Assembly (NCBI GenBank): GCA_965198065.1
Contig: CBDAON010000004.1
Coordinates: 2,016,001-2,080,000, forward strand
Length of the DNA: 64,000 bases
Reading direction: 5' to 3'
Source: Longimicrobiales bacterium
GTDB taxonomy: Bacteria; Gemmatimonadota; Gemmatimonadetes; Longimicrobiales; Gaopeijiaceae
Within the stretch, counting starts at the first letter, position 1; each line of letters begins with the position of its first letter. The notes below the pieces were generated by a model. That model made no database searches. It saw nothing but the letters and a program-made list of their open reading frames with translations, and was not told the DNA's origin. Below are positions 52,447 to 63,555 of the stretch, in pieces. The position numbers were made by a program, and so were the translations under genes.

Positions 52447-53749
52447 ATGATTACAGGCGCACTCCAAATCTAAAATCGACAGCATCTGGAATACGATGTG
52501 ATCTGGCGGCATCTCGAATCCGCTCTCGGTCATCGAGCAGCTCACCTACCTGCTCTTCATCAAGCGGCTCGACGAACTACATACGCTTAAGGAGCGCAAG
52601 GCCGCGCGCACCGGCACACCCATCGAGGAGCCGGTCTTCGGCGCCGACCAGGACAGGCTGCGCTGGTCGCGTTTCAAGGACGCCGCTCCCGAGCAGCTGT
52701 TCGAGACGGTGCGAGACGGGGTGTTCCCCTTTATCAAGTCGCTCGGGCAGAAGGGCGAGGCCAACGCCGGGGAGGGGGGCTCGACGTACAGCCACCACAT
52801 GAAGGATGCCCTCTTCATGATGCCCACGGCTCGTGTGCTGGCCAACGTGGTCGACCAACTCGACGGCATCGACATGGCCGACAGCGACACCAAGGGCGAC
52901 CTCTACGAGTACATGCTCAGCAAGATTGCCACCGCCGGACAGAACGGCCAGTTCCGCACGCCGCGCCACATCATCCGTCTGATGGTGGACATGACCGCCC
53001 CCACGCCCAAGGACGTGATCTGCGACCCGGCCTGCGGCACGGCGGGCTTCCTCGTTGCCGCGTTTGAGCACCTGGTGGCGCACCACAGCGACACCATCTA
53101 CAAGGACGCCGCGGCGCGCCACCGCTTTAGCGAGGGCACGTTCAACGGCTACGACTTCGACAACACCATGCTGCGCATCGGCAGCATGAACATGCTGCTG
53201 CACGGCGTGGAGAATCCAGACATCCGTTATAAGGACTCGCTGGCCCAGACCGACGACGATGACGCGGAGAAGTACTCCCTGGTCCTCGCCAATCCGCCAT
53301 TTGCGGGAAGCCTCGACTACGAGTCCACCGCCAAGGATCTGCAGCAGATCGTCAAGACGAAGAAGACAGAGTTGCTGTTCCTCGCCCTCTTCCTCCGCCT
53401 TATCCAGACAGGAGAACGCGCCGCCGTCATCGTGCCCGACGGCGTGCTCTTCGGATCGACCAAGGCGCACAGGACCCTGCGCACGATCTTGGTCGAGGAG
53501 CAGAAGCTCGACGCCATCGTCTCCATGCCCTCTGGCGTCTTCAAACCCTACGCCGGGGTCTCCACCGCCATCCTGCTCTTCACCAAGACCAACTCCGGCG
53601 GCACGGACCACGTCTGGTTCTACGACATGCAGGCGGACGGCTACTCGCTGGATGACAAGCGCACGCCGCAGCCGGAGAAGACCGTCCTTGCAAGTGTGGA
53701 TACTCTTGTTATTGGAACCTGGGCCATCGTTCCAGTCTGGAGGATGTAG
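52447..53749 (+). pseudogene. hsdM: Type I restriction-modification M subunit remnant
   Basis: GGISNPLSVIEQLTYLLF, GQFRTPRHII, DPACGTAGFL, NPPF; early frameshift, in-frame TGA near 52499, similarity appears to end near 53683. Confidence 0.88.
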
Positions 53750-54251
53750 TCTATTTCCCTCGGGAACTAGAGCAGGGTCACCGGGGAAATCACCGATATC
53801 ATTCACGAAACTCCTCTTCCTCTTCCTTGGTCTCCTCCGATTCCAATAGTGCCCGTAGCCAGGTTCGCGGCCCACAGGGAGGTGTTCATCACGCGGTTTC
53901 AGGATGGGCGCTAAACTACCGGCCACAGGAAATCGGGGGCGGAAACCCTGGAGCCGGGTAGTGGGGTGCGTTGTCCTCCGGGCTTCGATCACTGCCGAGC
54001 GTGGGAAATGGTCCTGCGCACTCCTCCTCAGTCCAGAGGTCGAACGATGCTGCCACATGACCCGTGCAGGACTTGTCCGACGACGGGGTGAACAAGATCT
54101 GGACCGTCCGAATAAGCGAGCGGCGGGCGACCGCCCTGTCGAGCCGCCGGCCGGCCCGGGGTCTTCGGCGTGGCTGGGGCCCACTAGGACAGCGAGGACG
54201 AGCGCATCGACAGACCTGTCCGTTGTGCCGGCTCCGCGCGCGCTGTGATGT

Positions 54252-54584
54252 TCAGGGTGCGAGGGGGTATCTGCGGGCGAAGGCCAGGGGGATGAGGGGA
54301 TCCGAACGCGCCGCCGGGATGATGGCGACGCGGTTCGGTTCGGGAACCCCCACGAGGCGGGCGAAATGCTCCCGCACGCAGTTGCTCTCCGCGAAGAAGT
54401 CAGGAGGATGGACGACCGTGGGCGTCCGCTTCTGTTGGATCCCGGCGATGCCGGCCGCTTCGACGACCTTTGGAAGGGGGCTGAAGTAGGCGCAGTTCAG
54501 GTAGTGGACGTCCTCGGGGAGGGTGAAGGCCTCCCGCTGGCAAGGCAGCACCTCTTCCTCCGCCATCACAGCCTGTCGGTTCAT
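54252..54584 (-). pseudogene. Class V aminotransferase N-terminal fragment
   Basis: QREAFTLPEDVHYLNCAYFSPLP...RVAIIPAA, then truncated. Confidence 0.7.
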
Positions 54585-54758
54585 CGTCCCTTTATCCACT
54601 ATTGTACCGTGCCGGGGTGAAGCGGGATGGGAGAGTCTTGCAGGTGATCGAGATCGATCTGCTGGACCATGTCGTGGACCGGTTCCAAGCTTATGCGCTC
54701 CTCGGTCAGAACGGTCAGAACGCCGGAGGAGCTTGCTTGGCCTAGGGTCCCTGAGTAG

Positions 54759-55135
54759 ATGTGGACTGGCCGCGCATCGGAGGAGATAACGTCCGGGCCC
54801 GTCGAAAGGTTCACACCCGGAGTCCCCGCTCTCCTCAATGGCGCTCGTGAACATCGGAGCCATGTGGTGCTGGACCTAGGCGCAGCCGCCGACTCCAATC
54901 TGCACGTGTACAGCCGTTTCGCCCGACGAGTTCGATTCGCGGACCTTCTCGGTAAAGGCAGGTCGCATGGGACCGCACGACCCAGCACCCTACCACCCTA
55001 GCCAGCGCATCCCTACGATCTGGCGTTCGCATGGAACATCCTGGACCGACTCTTCCCAGAGGAGCGCCCAGGCCTCATGCGGCGGTTGGCCGAGATCAGC
55101 GCTCCGAGCGCACGCCTCAAGGTCTTTGACGCTGC
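54759..55135 (+). pseudogene. Class I SAM methyltransferase-like remnant
   Basis: VVLDLGAA, then after a stop YDLAFAWNILDRL...LAEISAPSARL. Confidence 0.55.
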
Positions 55136-55140
55136 CGCCC

Positions 55141-55217
55141 TGACCTCCTTTCCCATGTCCCGACCCGTCCAGAATTCCAAATTTTGGACTCGGTCTCGTT
55201 CTTGGGGGTGAGGATCA
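55141..55217 (-). mobile_element. Isolated IS3-family left end
   Basis: Minus strand TGATCCTCACCCCCAAGAACGAGACCGAGTCC closely matches the IS3 left end at 63148. Confidence 0.7.
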
Positions 55218-56843
55218 TCGCCGTGACGTGATCGGGGTCGAATCGCCCGCTAACTGTTGCCCTGTGGCCTCGAGGAAACGACGTGCCTCCTGATACCCGT
55301 CGAACGACTCACGGCCGGCCCACACCTCGGTCAGCTGCCTATACGCGTTGGCGGCACCCGCGTGGTCACCGGTCTCGGCATACGCCCGTGCGAGGCCGAG
55401 CAGAGATCGCGGTCGGTTCGGCATCCGCAGGAGCGACGTCTCGAACTTCTCGATCGCGGCGGCGGGCCGGTCCAGATCGAGCAGGATCTCACCGTACAGC
55501 TCGTGCACGGGCTTCACCGGTGAGGCCGCGCCTCGCGGGTCGGCCCCAGCTTCGACGATCGCCTGCGCCTCGTCCATGAGGCCGATTGCCACGCTCACAT
55601 GTCCCATACCCGCATGGCGTAGCGCGCCGACCTGCTTTGCCATGATGTTGGCATTCGTGTCTCCGTCGGGCCCGTTGTCTGCCATCTCCACGAGCGCCGC
55701 CTCGGCTTGAGCCAGCGTTGCCTGATCACCCGTGTGGGCTGCGCTCATCCCGGTCGCGAGAAGCTCGTGCATCGATGACTCGTCCATGATCGGCCGAACC
55801 TCCCACTCCTCCGTTTCGACGATGTAACGGGCCTTCATCAGCGGGACCGTATTGGTAGCCCTAGCTTGGCCCGGCGCGCCCTGCGGGCCGCCCTCGAGGA
55901 AGCGGCCCTCGAAGGCCATACTCTCGAGCCGCTCGATCCACAATCTCGCCTTGGCGTAGTCCCCGAGCTGGAGGTCACCGTACTGACCCCAATCCAGGGG
56001 GTGGACTGCGTCTCCCATGGGGTCGTCCGGCCGCCACAGCTCTCGCGCGGCCGTGTAGGCGGACTCGTTGTTGCCCGAAACCCGATCCCACATGCCGTGT
56101 TGAATGAAGATGTGCGTCGGCATGTGCCTCGCGTGGGCCACCGCAGGAGCGATCTCGGAAAAACGGTACGCCGCCTCCAATGCGAGGGGAGCGACGATGG
56201 GATTGTCGAACGCGTGGATCGTATAGTGGGCGGCACCGGGATGGTCCGGATTGTGCTCGAATAGATTCAAAGCGATGGTGCCCGCCCGTATGTTGAGCCG
56301 CTGCGTCAAATCGCGCGTGGCGGTGGAGGCGCTCAACACCGATAGCGCGTAGAACGCCGCTACTTCGGTATCGTCGGCGTACTGCTCGTAAAGCCGGCTC
56401 ATCGCCTCCATGTAGGTGACCCTGCGGTCCACGTGATCCCCCTCTCCCCAAAGGATCTCGACCGCGCTCAGAAAGCCCTTTTCGCGCTCGGTGGGAGCTT
56501 TGGCCAGTCGCTCTGCCGGCGTCGATCCCAACCGCATGAGTGTCTGGTGCGGAAGGGTCGCGTCCATTTGTGAAGTTAGGGGGTGGTTGTATGCGAGCGA
56601 CTCTCCCCAGTACGCCATGGCGAAGTCCGGGTCGATCTCCTGAGCGGCATGGAACTCCTCGCGGGCCTGTATCCAACCGAAGCTGTGCAGAAAAGCTGCC
56701 CCGCGCAGGAAGTGGTTCTGCGCTTCGGGCGATGCCGACGTGGGAAATTCGAAAGAGCCCACGTTCTCGAACTGAGCCTGGGTGGGACTCGCGCTCAGAA
56801 CGAGCAGGATAGCGACGAGAAAAACGGCTGGTGCACGGATCAT
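55215..56843 (-). CDS. Secreted TPR-containing protein
   Basis: Signal peptide ending TQA, FLHSFGW, DPDFAMAYWG, HPGAAHYTIH, HARHMPTHIF. Confidence 0.85.
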   Translation of the reverse strand: MIRAPAVFLVAILLVLSASPTQAQFENVGSFEFPTSASPEAQNHFLRGAAFLHSFGWIQAREEFHAAQEIDPDFAMAYWGESLAYNHPLTSQMDATLPHQTLMRLGSTPAERLAKAPTEREKGFLSAVEILWGEGDHVDRRVTYMEAMSRLYEQYADDTEVAAFYALSVLSASTATRDLTQRLNIRAGTIALNLFEHNPDHPGAAHYTIHAFDNPIVAPLALEAAYRFSEIAPAVAHARHMPTHIFIQHGMWDRVSGNNESAYTAARELWRPDDPMGDAVHPLDWGQYGDLQLGDYAKARLWIERLESMAFEGRFLEGGPQGAPGQARATNTVPLMKARYIVETEEWEVRPIMDESSMHELLATGMSAAHTGDQATLAQAEAALVEMADNGPDGDTNANIMAKQVGALRHAGMGHVSVAIGLMDEAQAIVEAGADPRGAASPVKPVHELYGEILLDLDRPAAAIEKFETSLLRMPNRPRSLLGLARAYAETGDHAGAANAYRQLTEVWAGRESFDGYQEARRFLEATGQQLAGDSTPITSRR

Positions 56844-56966
56844 TGCTCTCTCCTCATCGAAACGGCCACAAACGGGCGCGGAGCCTCGGCGACGTGATGG
56901 TTGAAGAATAACGCCAAGGAAGCGAAAGGGGATTATACGCCTGACTTGACAGAAGGGTAGGTCAGG

Positions 56967-58160
56967 ATGGGAAGGAAGCGACACACTCCGGAGCAGATCA
57001 TCACTGCAGTGCGGGAGGCAGAGGTCGGTCTGGCCGGCGGCAAATCCGTGAAGCTGATCAGGGGGGAGCTCGGCATCACCGAGCAGACGTACTACCGGTG
57101 GAGGCGGGAGTACGGCGGGATGAAGGTGAGCCAGGCACGGCGCCTGAAGGAGCTCGAGCGCGAGAACGGGCGCCTGAAGCGAGCAGTGGCGGACTTGACA
57201 CTGGACAAGCTGATCGTGGAGGAAGCGGCCAAGGGAAACTTCTGAGCCCCGAGGGCCGACGACGTTGTGTGGTGCGTGTACGTCAGCAGCTCGGGGCGTC
57301 GGAGAGGAGAGCGTGCCGGGTGCTCGGGCAGCCACGCACGACCCAGCGCGGGGCGAGGAAAGTGGCGAGTGACGAGGGGGCGCTCCGAGGTGATATCGTG
57401 CGACTCGCGAGTCGATTCGGCCGCTACGGCTAGCGACGCGTCACGGACACGCTCCGCATCGAGGGCTGGGGGGTGAAGCACAAGCGGGTGGAGCGGATCT
57501 GGAGGCAGGAGGGGCTGAAGGTCCCGGAGCGGCAGCCGAAGCGAGGTCGGCTGTGGCTCAACGACGGATCGTGCATCCGGCTGAGGCCGGCTGTATCGGG
57601 GCCACGTCTGGTCGTACGACTTCGTGGCCTCGAGGACGCACGACGGGCGTGCGCTGAAGCTGCTGACAGTGCTGGACGAGCACACGAGGGAGTGCCTGGC
57701 GATCGTGGTGGCTCGCAAGATCCGCTCGCACGACGTGCTCGAGGTGCTGGACGATCTGTTCGTCCGACACGGGCCCTCCCGAGTATCTGAGGTCGGACAA
57801 CGGACCGGAGTTCACCGCGAAGCCCGTGCGGCGGTGGTTGGGGCGCGTGGGCGTCGAGACGCTCTTTATCGAGCCGGGCAGCCCGTGGGAGAACGGCTAC
57901 AACGAGAGCTTCAACGGCAAGCTCAGGGACGAGCTGTTGAACGGGGAGATCTTCTGCTCGTTGGCGGAGGCGGCCGTGCTGGTCGAGCAATGGAGGCGCG
58001 AGTACGATACCGTCCGACCCCACAGCGCCTGCGGCGGCTTTCCCCCGGCCCCTGAGGCGATTAAGCCGTCGCCCTGGTTCCTGAGGATGCCCGTCCTTCA
58101 CCGCCCTCCACAGGTGCTGGGACTAACATAGGTTGTGGTACCGCTCTTCGGGGCAGGTCA
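56967..58160 (+). mobile_element. IS3-family element, degenerate (orfA 56967-57245 intact; orfB with stop and frameshifts)
   Basis: GITEQTYYRWRREYGG, PGSPWENGYNESFNGKLRDE, in-frame TAG at 57431, right end GGGGCAGGTCA at 58160. Confidence 0.9.
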
Positions 58161-58259
58161 CTGGCGCGAGAGCTTGAGGATCGCGTCGAGAGAGCTAACA
58201 GCAGTTAGCGGCAAGTATTTCTGAAAACGGAGTCTGGTTCTCGGGGGCTTCGGCGAGCC

Positions 58260-58306
58260 GATTCCCGCTGTTGTTCCCGCTGTTCGGTGCCAGATTCCCG
58301 CTGTTG
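58260..58306 (+). repeat. Three direct copies of TTCCCGCTGTT
   Basis: Copies at 58262, 58274 and 58295. Confidence 0.8.
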
Positions 58307-58407
58307 AGACACGGCAGGCTGTCGTATTGGCTGACGGCAAGTGCGGCAGATCGTGCAGCCCTGGTTGAACTTGTGCGGTTTTTGCCGTAATTCGTGCCAC
58401 CGGCACT

Positions 58408-58526
58408 CCGCCGAGGCGGCCTATCGGCGCACGGACCTGTTCGAGCAGCGCCGTCGGCTCATGAACGATTGGGCGGCGTACCTGGACGACAAGAGTCGCG
58501 ACCCGGAGGCCGGACCGGTCCGTTGA
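58408..58526 (+). pseudogene. C-terminal remnant of a P4-type integrase
   Basis: AEAAYRRTDLFEQRRRLMNDWAAYLD. Confidence 0.75.
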
Positions 58527-58792
58527 TCTGCCGTCTTTGTCTCAACACGGAGCGACTGATATCCGCAGAGATCGATCGCCGGAGCGTCCCCGTGGAGCGA
58601 AGGAAGCGCGCGCAAACACTAGCGCCGGAGTCCAACTATGCGTGGTCCACTTGACGGGGAAAGCCTTCCGACCCAGGCCCCTGTCGCAAGCGAAGGGGTG
58701 GGAGGTTCGCTACGCTACGCAGTCGTCGGTGGCGGTCGCTCAAGCCGCGCGCCTGTTGCGCGCTGACGTTCGGGCGCGCAGGCCCGAACGAT

Positions 58793-59341
58793 CTACGACG
58801 TAGTCTCCGCCGGCGCCTGCTGCGCCATGCGCTCCTGCATCTGTCGGGTGAGATGCGGCACCAGACCGATCATGCGCTGAAGCAGCATGAGTTGACCGCG
58901 GTGGTGCATCTCGTGCTCCTTTGGCGACAAGAGCATCTCGAAACGCGTTTTGGTCGCCGGCTCCGCGCCGGGGGGCATCGCGACGGGTTCCGCAAGAAAC
59001 TCATCCGACAGGCCCTCGAGGAACGACGCGAAAGCCTCTCCCTGTGATTTGAGGTAGGCGATCGTTTCTGCTTTGGTCCGCGGCTTGGCCTCTTCCGCGC
59101 TGAACTTCTGGAACAGCTCCATGAAGTTCACGTCCTTGAGGTCGGTGACCTTGTTGCGCTGGATATAGTCCTGAAACCCGGTGCTCACCGCGATGTGGAC
59201 CAGGGTGGCACCGATGCTGCGCGTGTCGGGACTCGCCTGGAATCCGTACTTGTCCCCTGGAATGTCCTCGGCGGTCTGAATGGTGTTGCCGCGAACCTGG
59301 CGAAAGCTTCGTGCCAGGTCCTTGCCTCCATAGTGCGTCAT
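58793..59341 (-). CDS. DinB family protein
   Basis: RSIGATLVHI, HEMHHRGQL; GGAGG RBS; hairpin at 58767-58790 just downstream. Confidence 0.88.
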   Translation of the reverse strand: MTHYGGKDLARSFRQVRGNTIQTAEDIPGDKYGFQASPDTRSIGATLVHIAVSTGFQDYIQRNKVTDLKDVNFMELFQKFSAEEAKPRTKAETIAYLKSQGEAFASFLEGLSDEFLAEPVAMPPGAEPATKTRFEMLLSPKEHEMHHRGQLMLLQRMIGLVPHLTRQMQERMAQQAPAETTS

Positions 59342-59524
59342 TGCGATGTCTCCTCCAATTTCGATATCAAGATCTACTCAAGCTGGCTCGACAGCCAAGA
59401 TACTGGGCTCGAGCCAGCCGTGAACCCGCCATGCTGGGCATCAAAAACGGTCGTCGGCCTCAACTTGACAATACCCCGGAACTGTCTGTCAGCTCTGGCC
59501 GGCGAGCGGCTTGCCACCATTTCG

Positions 59525-59758
59525 CACTCCATGTATCGGCTGGAGCGAACCGGGCTCGCATGGATTTTGGATGCTCCGGACCCGAGTTCCTCCTTCCCGT
59601 CGCTCAAGCAGCATGAGATGAAGCAATTCGGAGAGTACCGCACTCAGCGCTACGCACTGCGCGTATTCGACCAACTAGAGCGTGGAGAGGTGCCGAATCT
59701 AATAGGTAGCCCGTCGGGCCGCACTCTCACCCGTCCGTTCGGTAGTGGGTCATTTTGA
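59525..59758 (+). pseudogene. C-terminal remnant of a large Eco57I-like (type IIG) methyltransferase-endonuclease
   Basis: MYRLERTGLAWILD...SFPSLKQHEMKQFGEYRTQRYAL resembles that family's C-terminus. Confidence 0.55.
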
Positions 59759-59809
59759 ATTCGCGGTCGTGCGGTACGCCCTTCGGGCCTAAAAGAAGGA
59801 CGAGAGCTC

Positions 59810-61167
59810 ATGGAACAGCCTGGCACGTCGCCGGGAGCGGTGAGCGGCGAACCGACCCTTCAGCGCACCATCGGGTTGTGGCAGATGACGCTCTACGGGG
59901 CGGGCAGCATGCTTGGTGCAGGGATCTACGGCTTGCTGGGACAAGTTGCTGCCGAGATGGGCTCCGCAATCTGGCTGGCCTTTGCGCTGTCCATGGTCGC
60001 GGCGGGGCTGACGGGGCTGTCCTATGCCTCGCTCGGATCGCGCTACCCGCGCGCAGGCGGTGCCGCTTTCATCACCCACCGGGCCTATCGCCGCACCCTG
60101 CTGACTCAATGTGGTAGGCCTCAGCGTGGCCTGCTCGGGCTTCACTTCGATCGCCGCCGGCGCACGCGTCGTGGGTGAGAATCTGCAGGCCCTGCCCGCT
60201 CTCCAGGGCCTGCCGACTGGCATGTTGGCGTTCATATATCTTGTCTTCGTGGGCGCCCTCGTGTACCGCGGTATCCGGGAATCCATGTGGGCCAATGTCG
60301 TCTTCACGTTGGTGGAGGCAGCGGGCCTGCTGTTCGTGATCGCGGTGTGCCTGCGTTTTTGGGGTTCGGCGAACCTGCTTGAGTTCCCATCCCTTCCGGA
60401 GACAGAGGCGGGCCTTCCCCTCGTATTCCTGGTGCAGGGAGTCGTGCTCACCTTCTACTCCTTCCTCGGATTTGAAGACGCGATCAACGTCGCCGAGGAA
60501 CTGAAGACCGAGCGGCATGTTGCGCTGCGGATTCGACGGTCAGCACCAGGGCCGACACCAGACCCTCATCTACATGGGCGTGGCGATCAGCGCAGCCTCG
60601 GTGGTGCCGTGGCAGGAATTGGCGGAGGCCAATGCGCCGCTGGTCGAAGTCGTGGCGCGCGCGGCACCCTGGTTCCCGGCCTGGATGTTCATTGCGATTA
60701 CCATCTTCGCGGTGGCGAATACCGGGCTGATCAACTATGTCACCGCATCACGCCTCCTGTATGGTATGGCGCGGGACGGCCAGCTGCCGCGAGTTCTCGG
60801 CAAGGTTCATCCGGCGCGCCGCACACCCCATGTGGCTGTGGCGCTCATCTTCGTGCTGATCGTGCTCCTGATCCTGTCGGGGGACATTTCGCAGCTGGCT
60901 TCGGCTACGGTGCTCCTCCTCCTCCTGGTGTTCTCGGTCGTAAACAGTGCGCTTGTCATCCTGAAGCTCAGACCTGATGAACCCGAGGGCGCCTTCGAGC
61001 TGCCGATCACCGTGCCCGCGCTCGGCGCGGTCGTCTGCTTCGCGATGTTCGCGGCCCGGGTCGGGGCTGGCGACTGGCGCGCGCCGGTGATCGCGGGCGT
61101 CCTGCTCGTGGGTGTCCTCGCGGTCCATCTCGTGCTCCGTCCACAGCTCTCCAAGAGTGGCGAATAG
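59810..61167 (+). CDS. APC family amino-acid permease (frameshifts near 60107 and 60530)
   Basis: GSMLGAGIY, SYASLGSRYPRAGG, FLGFEDAINVAEE, SRLLYGMARDG spread over three frames. Confidence 0.85.
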
Positions 61168-61655
61168 CGTGCGTGTTGGTAGTGCGATGAGGTGTTCGGC
61201 GGCGGTCGGACTCGTCCGAGGGACATTCTAGAGGTAGGGGGCCTGCTTCGTCTCAGGCCTCGATACCGCCGTATGCAAAGCGTGGCGCGGGCCGACCACG
61301 GCCCCTCGTTCCGCACACGCTGTCCTGCGAAGGGTTCGGCGCACGGCCGCACGGGCGGTCGGTTTAGCGGCTAGGCCGGCCCGGCCAGTGAACCCGAAGC
61401 CTCGGGTCCCACGGGTACCTCGATCTGGCGGTCGCCATCGCCGTCCGTGACGAGCCACCGCCCGGGAGCCCTGAGTCGTAGAGCGAACCGAGCTTCACCG
61501 ACCCGACTGCGCAGGGTCGTTGATTCGGCTCGTCCCTCGAATCCGAGGCCGGGACGCCGGCAAGGCGCGGGCGACAGGGCGAAGCGCCGCGGGAGGGGCC
61601 GAAGGTTGGCGAGCGGGGAGGGAGGGCGCCACTGCTGAGCTCTCGCTGGCCCGCC

Positions 61656-62219
61656 TTATCGGGGTCTTCTCGGAGATTCCCGCGGGAGCGCGCCGGGGAT
61701 CAGGCCCGCGGCCTGAAGTTCCTCGATGAAGCCGAACATCTCCCGCTCCTCGATCCGGTCGGGATAGAGGATCCCGTCGAGATGGTCGCATTCATGCTGG
61801 ATGATGCGCGCGTGAAACCCCTCCGCCTTTCCCTCGACCTCCCGGCCGTCGGCATCCAGCCCCCGGTAGTGGATCCGCTCGTATCGCGGAACCAGGCCGC
61901 GCATCCCCGGAAGGCTGAGACAACCCTCCCACTCTGAACGCACGGCTTGGCCCGCAGGCGCGATCTCGGGATTCATGAGGACGGTCCGGGGGACGGGAGC
62001 GGCGTCCGGATAGCGGGGGTTCTCGTCGACCCCGAAGACGATGATGCACAGCGGCACATCGATCTGAGGTGCGGCGAGCCCTACTCCGTCGCAGGCGTTC
62101 ATGGTCTCGAGCATATCCTCGACCAGGGCCGGGAGCGTGTCATCGTCGAGTCGCTCTACCTCGTTCGCCCTGCGCCTGAGCTGCGGATGGCCTATCCGCA
62201 GGACTTCGCGTAGCGCCAT
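61656..62219 (-). CDS. def: Peptide deformylase
   Basis: GVGLAAPQ, EGCLS, QHECDHLDG. Confidence 0.95.
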   Translation of the reverse strand: MALREVLRIGHPQLRRRANEVERLDDDTLPALVEDMLETMNACDGVGLAAPQIDVPLCIIVFGVDENPRYPDAAPVPRTVLMNPEIAPAGQAVRSEWEGCLSLPGMRGLVPRYERIHYRGLDADGREVEGKAEGFHARIIQHECDHLDGILYPDRIEEREMFGFIEELQAAGLIPGALPRESPRRPR

Positions 62220-62277
62220 GGACCGTACGCCTCCTGTGCCCCGCTAGGGTCGCGTGGATTCCCGTTCAGAAAAGCGT

Positions 62278-62472
62278 GAACTGCTGGGCCCGCTCCCGTA
62301 CCCAACCCTCCAGCTCCTCCCACGTCGGCCGGCTGGACTCACTCCCCACTCCCGCGATATATCCTCTCTCATGAGGCGTCGTTCCTTTCCCCGGGCACCA
62401 TCCCGGGATTCGCTGTGACGGTCAGCCGAAAGGTACGGCGCCTCTCTTTTTACACACCTTTTGATCCTACCT
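62278..62472 (-). mobile_element. IS256-like left-end remnant
   Basis: GGTAGGATCAAAAGGTGTGTAA end followed by RBS and a frameshifted N-terminus ...PTWEELEGWVRERAQQF; it interrupts IS3 orfB. Confidence 0.5.
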
Positions 62473-63148
62473 CTCAGCCACAGCCTTCCTCGTTTCGGCT
62501 GCTTGCTTGGCACCTTGAGCCCCTCCTGTCTCCAGATCCGCTCCACCCGCTTGTGGTTCACGGCCCAGCCCTCCGTCCTCAGCATCCCGGTCACCATCCG
62601 GTACCCGCAGCGCCCGAACCTGCGAGCCACCTTCACCACGTCCTCTCTCAGCGCCTCCTCATCTTCGCTTCGCTTCGGTATCCGACGCTGCGTCGAGCGT
62701 GCCTGGCCCAACACCCGGCACGCCTTGCGCTCACTCACCCCAAGCCGCTGGCGTACTTGCACCACGCAGCGTCTGCGCCGCTCGGGGCTTAGAAGTTTCC
62801 CTCGGAGGCTTCCTTCAAGATCAGCTTGTCCAGCGTCAGCTCTGCCACCGCCCGCTTCAGCTGTTGGTTCTCCTTCTCGAGCTCCTTGAGACGCTTCGCC
62901 TGGCTCAGCTTCATTCCCCCGTACTCCCGCCGCCATCGGTAGTACGTTTGCTCGCTCACCCCCAGGTCTCGCCACACCTCTTTGGTCGTATTGCCGTTCG
63001 CCAGGGCCACCTCCGCCTTGCGTAGCCGGTTGATGATCTGTGCCGGACTCAGCCTCTTTGGTGCGGCCATTGTGTGCCCTCCCCTTTCGTGTCTTGACCC
63101 CGTCCAGATTCTAAAACTGGACTCGGTCTCGTTTTAGGGGGGTAGATC
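62473..63148 (-). mobile_element. IS3-family element, left part (orfA 62789-63070, truncated orfB)
   Basis: Left end TGATCTACCCCC at 63148, GVSEQTYYRWRREYGG, VNHKRVERIWRQEGLKVP. Confidence 0.88.
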
Positions 63149-63207
63149 ATCCATGCGTCGCCCTCCATGACCTGACTCACTCTTGGTGCCACCCTCCTTG
63201 TTCGCCC

Positions 63208-63402
63208 GACGGTCACTCCTCTCTCGGCCAAGTCTCGCCGGTCAACTTCGAACGCCGCCATGCCCGGGAGGCCGCCGCGTGAGCGCCCCCTACGCCCGGT
63301 TCTTTACTCCCCCGCTTCGCGGGGGAAGCTTCCCTCTCCCTCGGGCGAGGGATGTAGTGAAAACCTCAGTGTTCACCCGTCCACTAAACCGGGACAGCTC
63401 CA
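63208..63402 (+). mobile_element. Right-end remnant of a different IS3-family element
   Basis: HSSLGQVSPVNFERRHAREAAA* followed by the end GTCCACTAAACCGGGACAGCTCCA. Confidence 0.6.
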
Positions 63403-63555
63403 TACCGTCCGACCCCACAGCGCCTGCGGCGGCTTTCCCCCGGCCCCTGAGGCGATTAAGCCGTCACCCTGGTTCCTGAGGATGCCCGTCCTTCACGGCC
63501 CTCCACAGGTGCTGGGACTAACATAGGATGTGGTACCGCTCTTGGGGGCAGGTCA
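63402..63555 (+). repeat. 154-bp near-identical copy of the IS3 right end at 58007-58160
   Basis: Same length and sequence apart from a few substitutions. Confidence 0.9.

Noticed and set aside
52495..52505. In-frame TGA in hsdM as recoding (Sec or Trp)
   Set aside because: The gene also has a frameshift and a truncation, and TGA is the usual stop throughout the window, so a nonsense mutation is simpler
52577..54184. 535-aa minus-strand ORF
   Set aside because: Mostly antisense to hsdM, with no recognisable domain
55215..57335. 706-aa TPR protein with a long N-terminus
   Set aside because: The N-terminal ~164 codons are largely antisense to IS3; a signal peptide and RBS mark the real start at 56843
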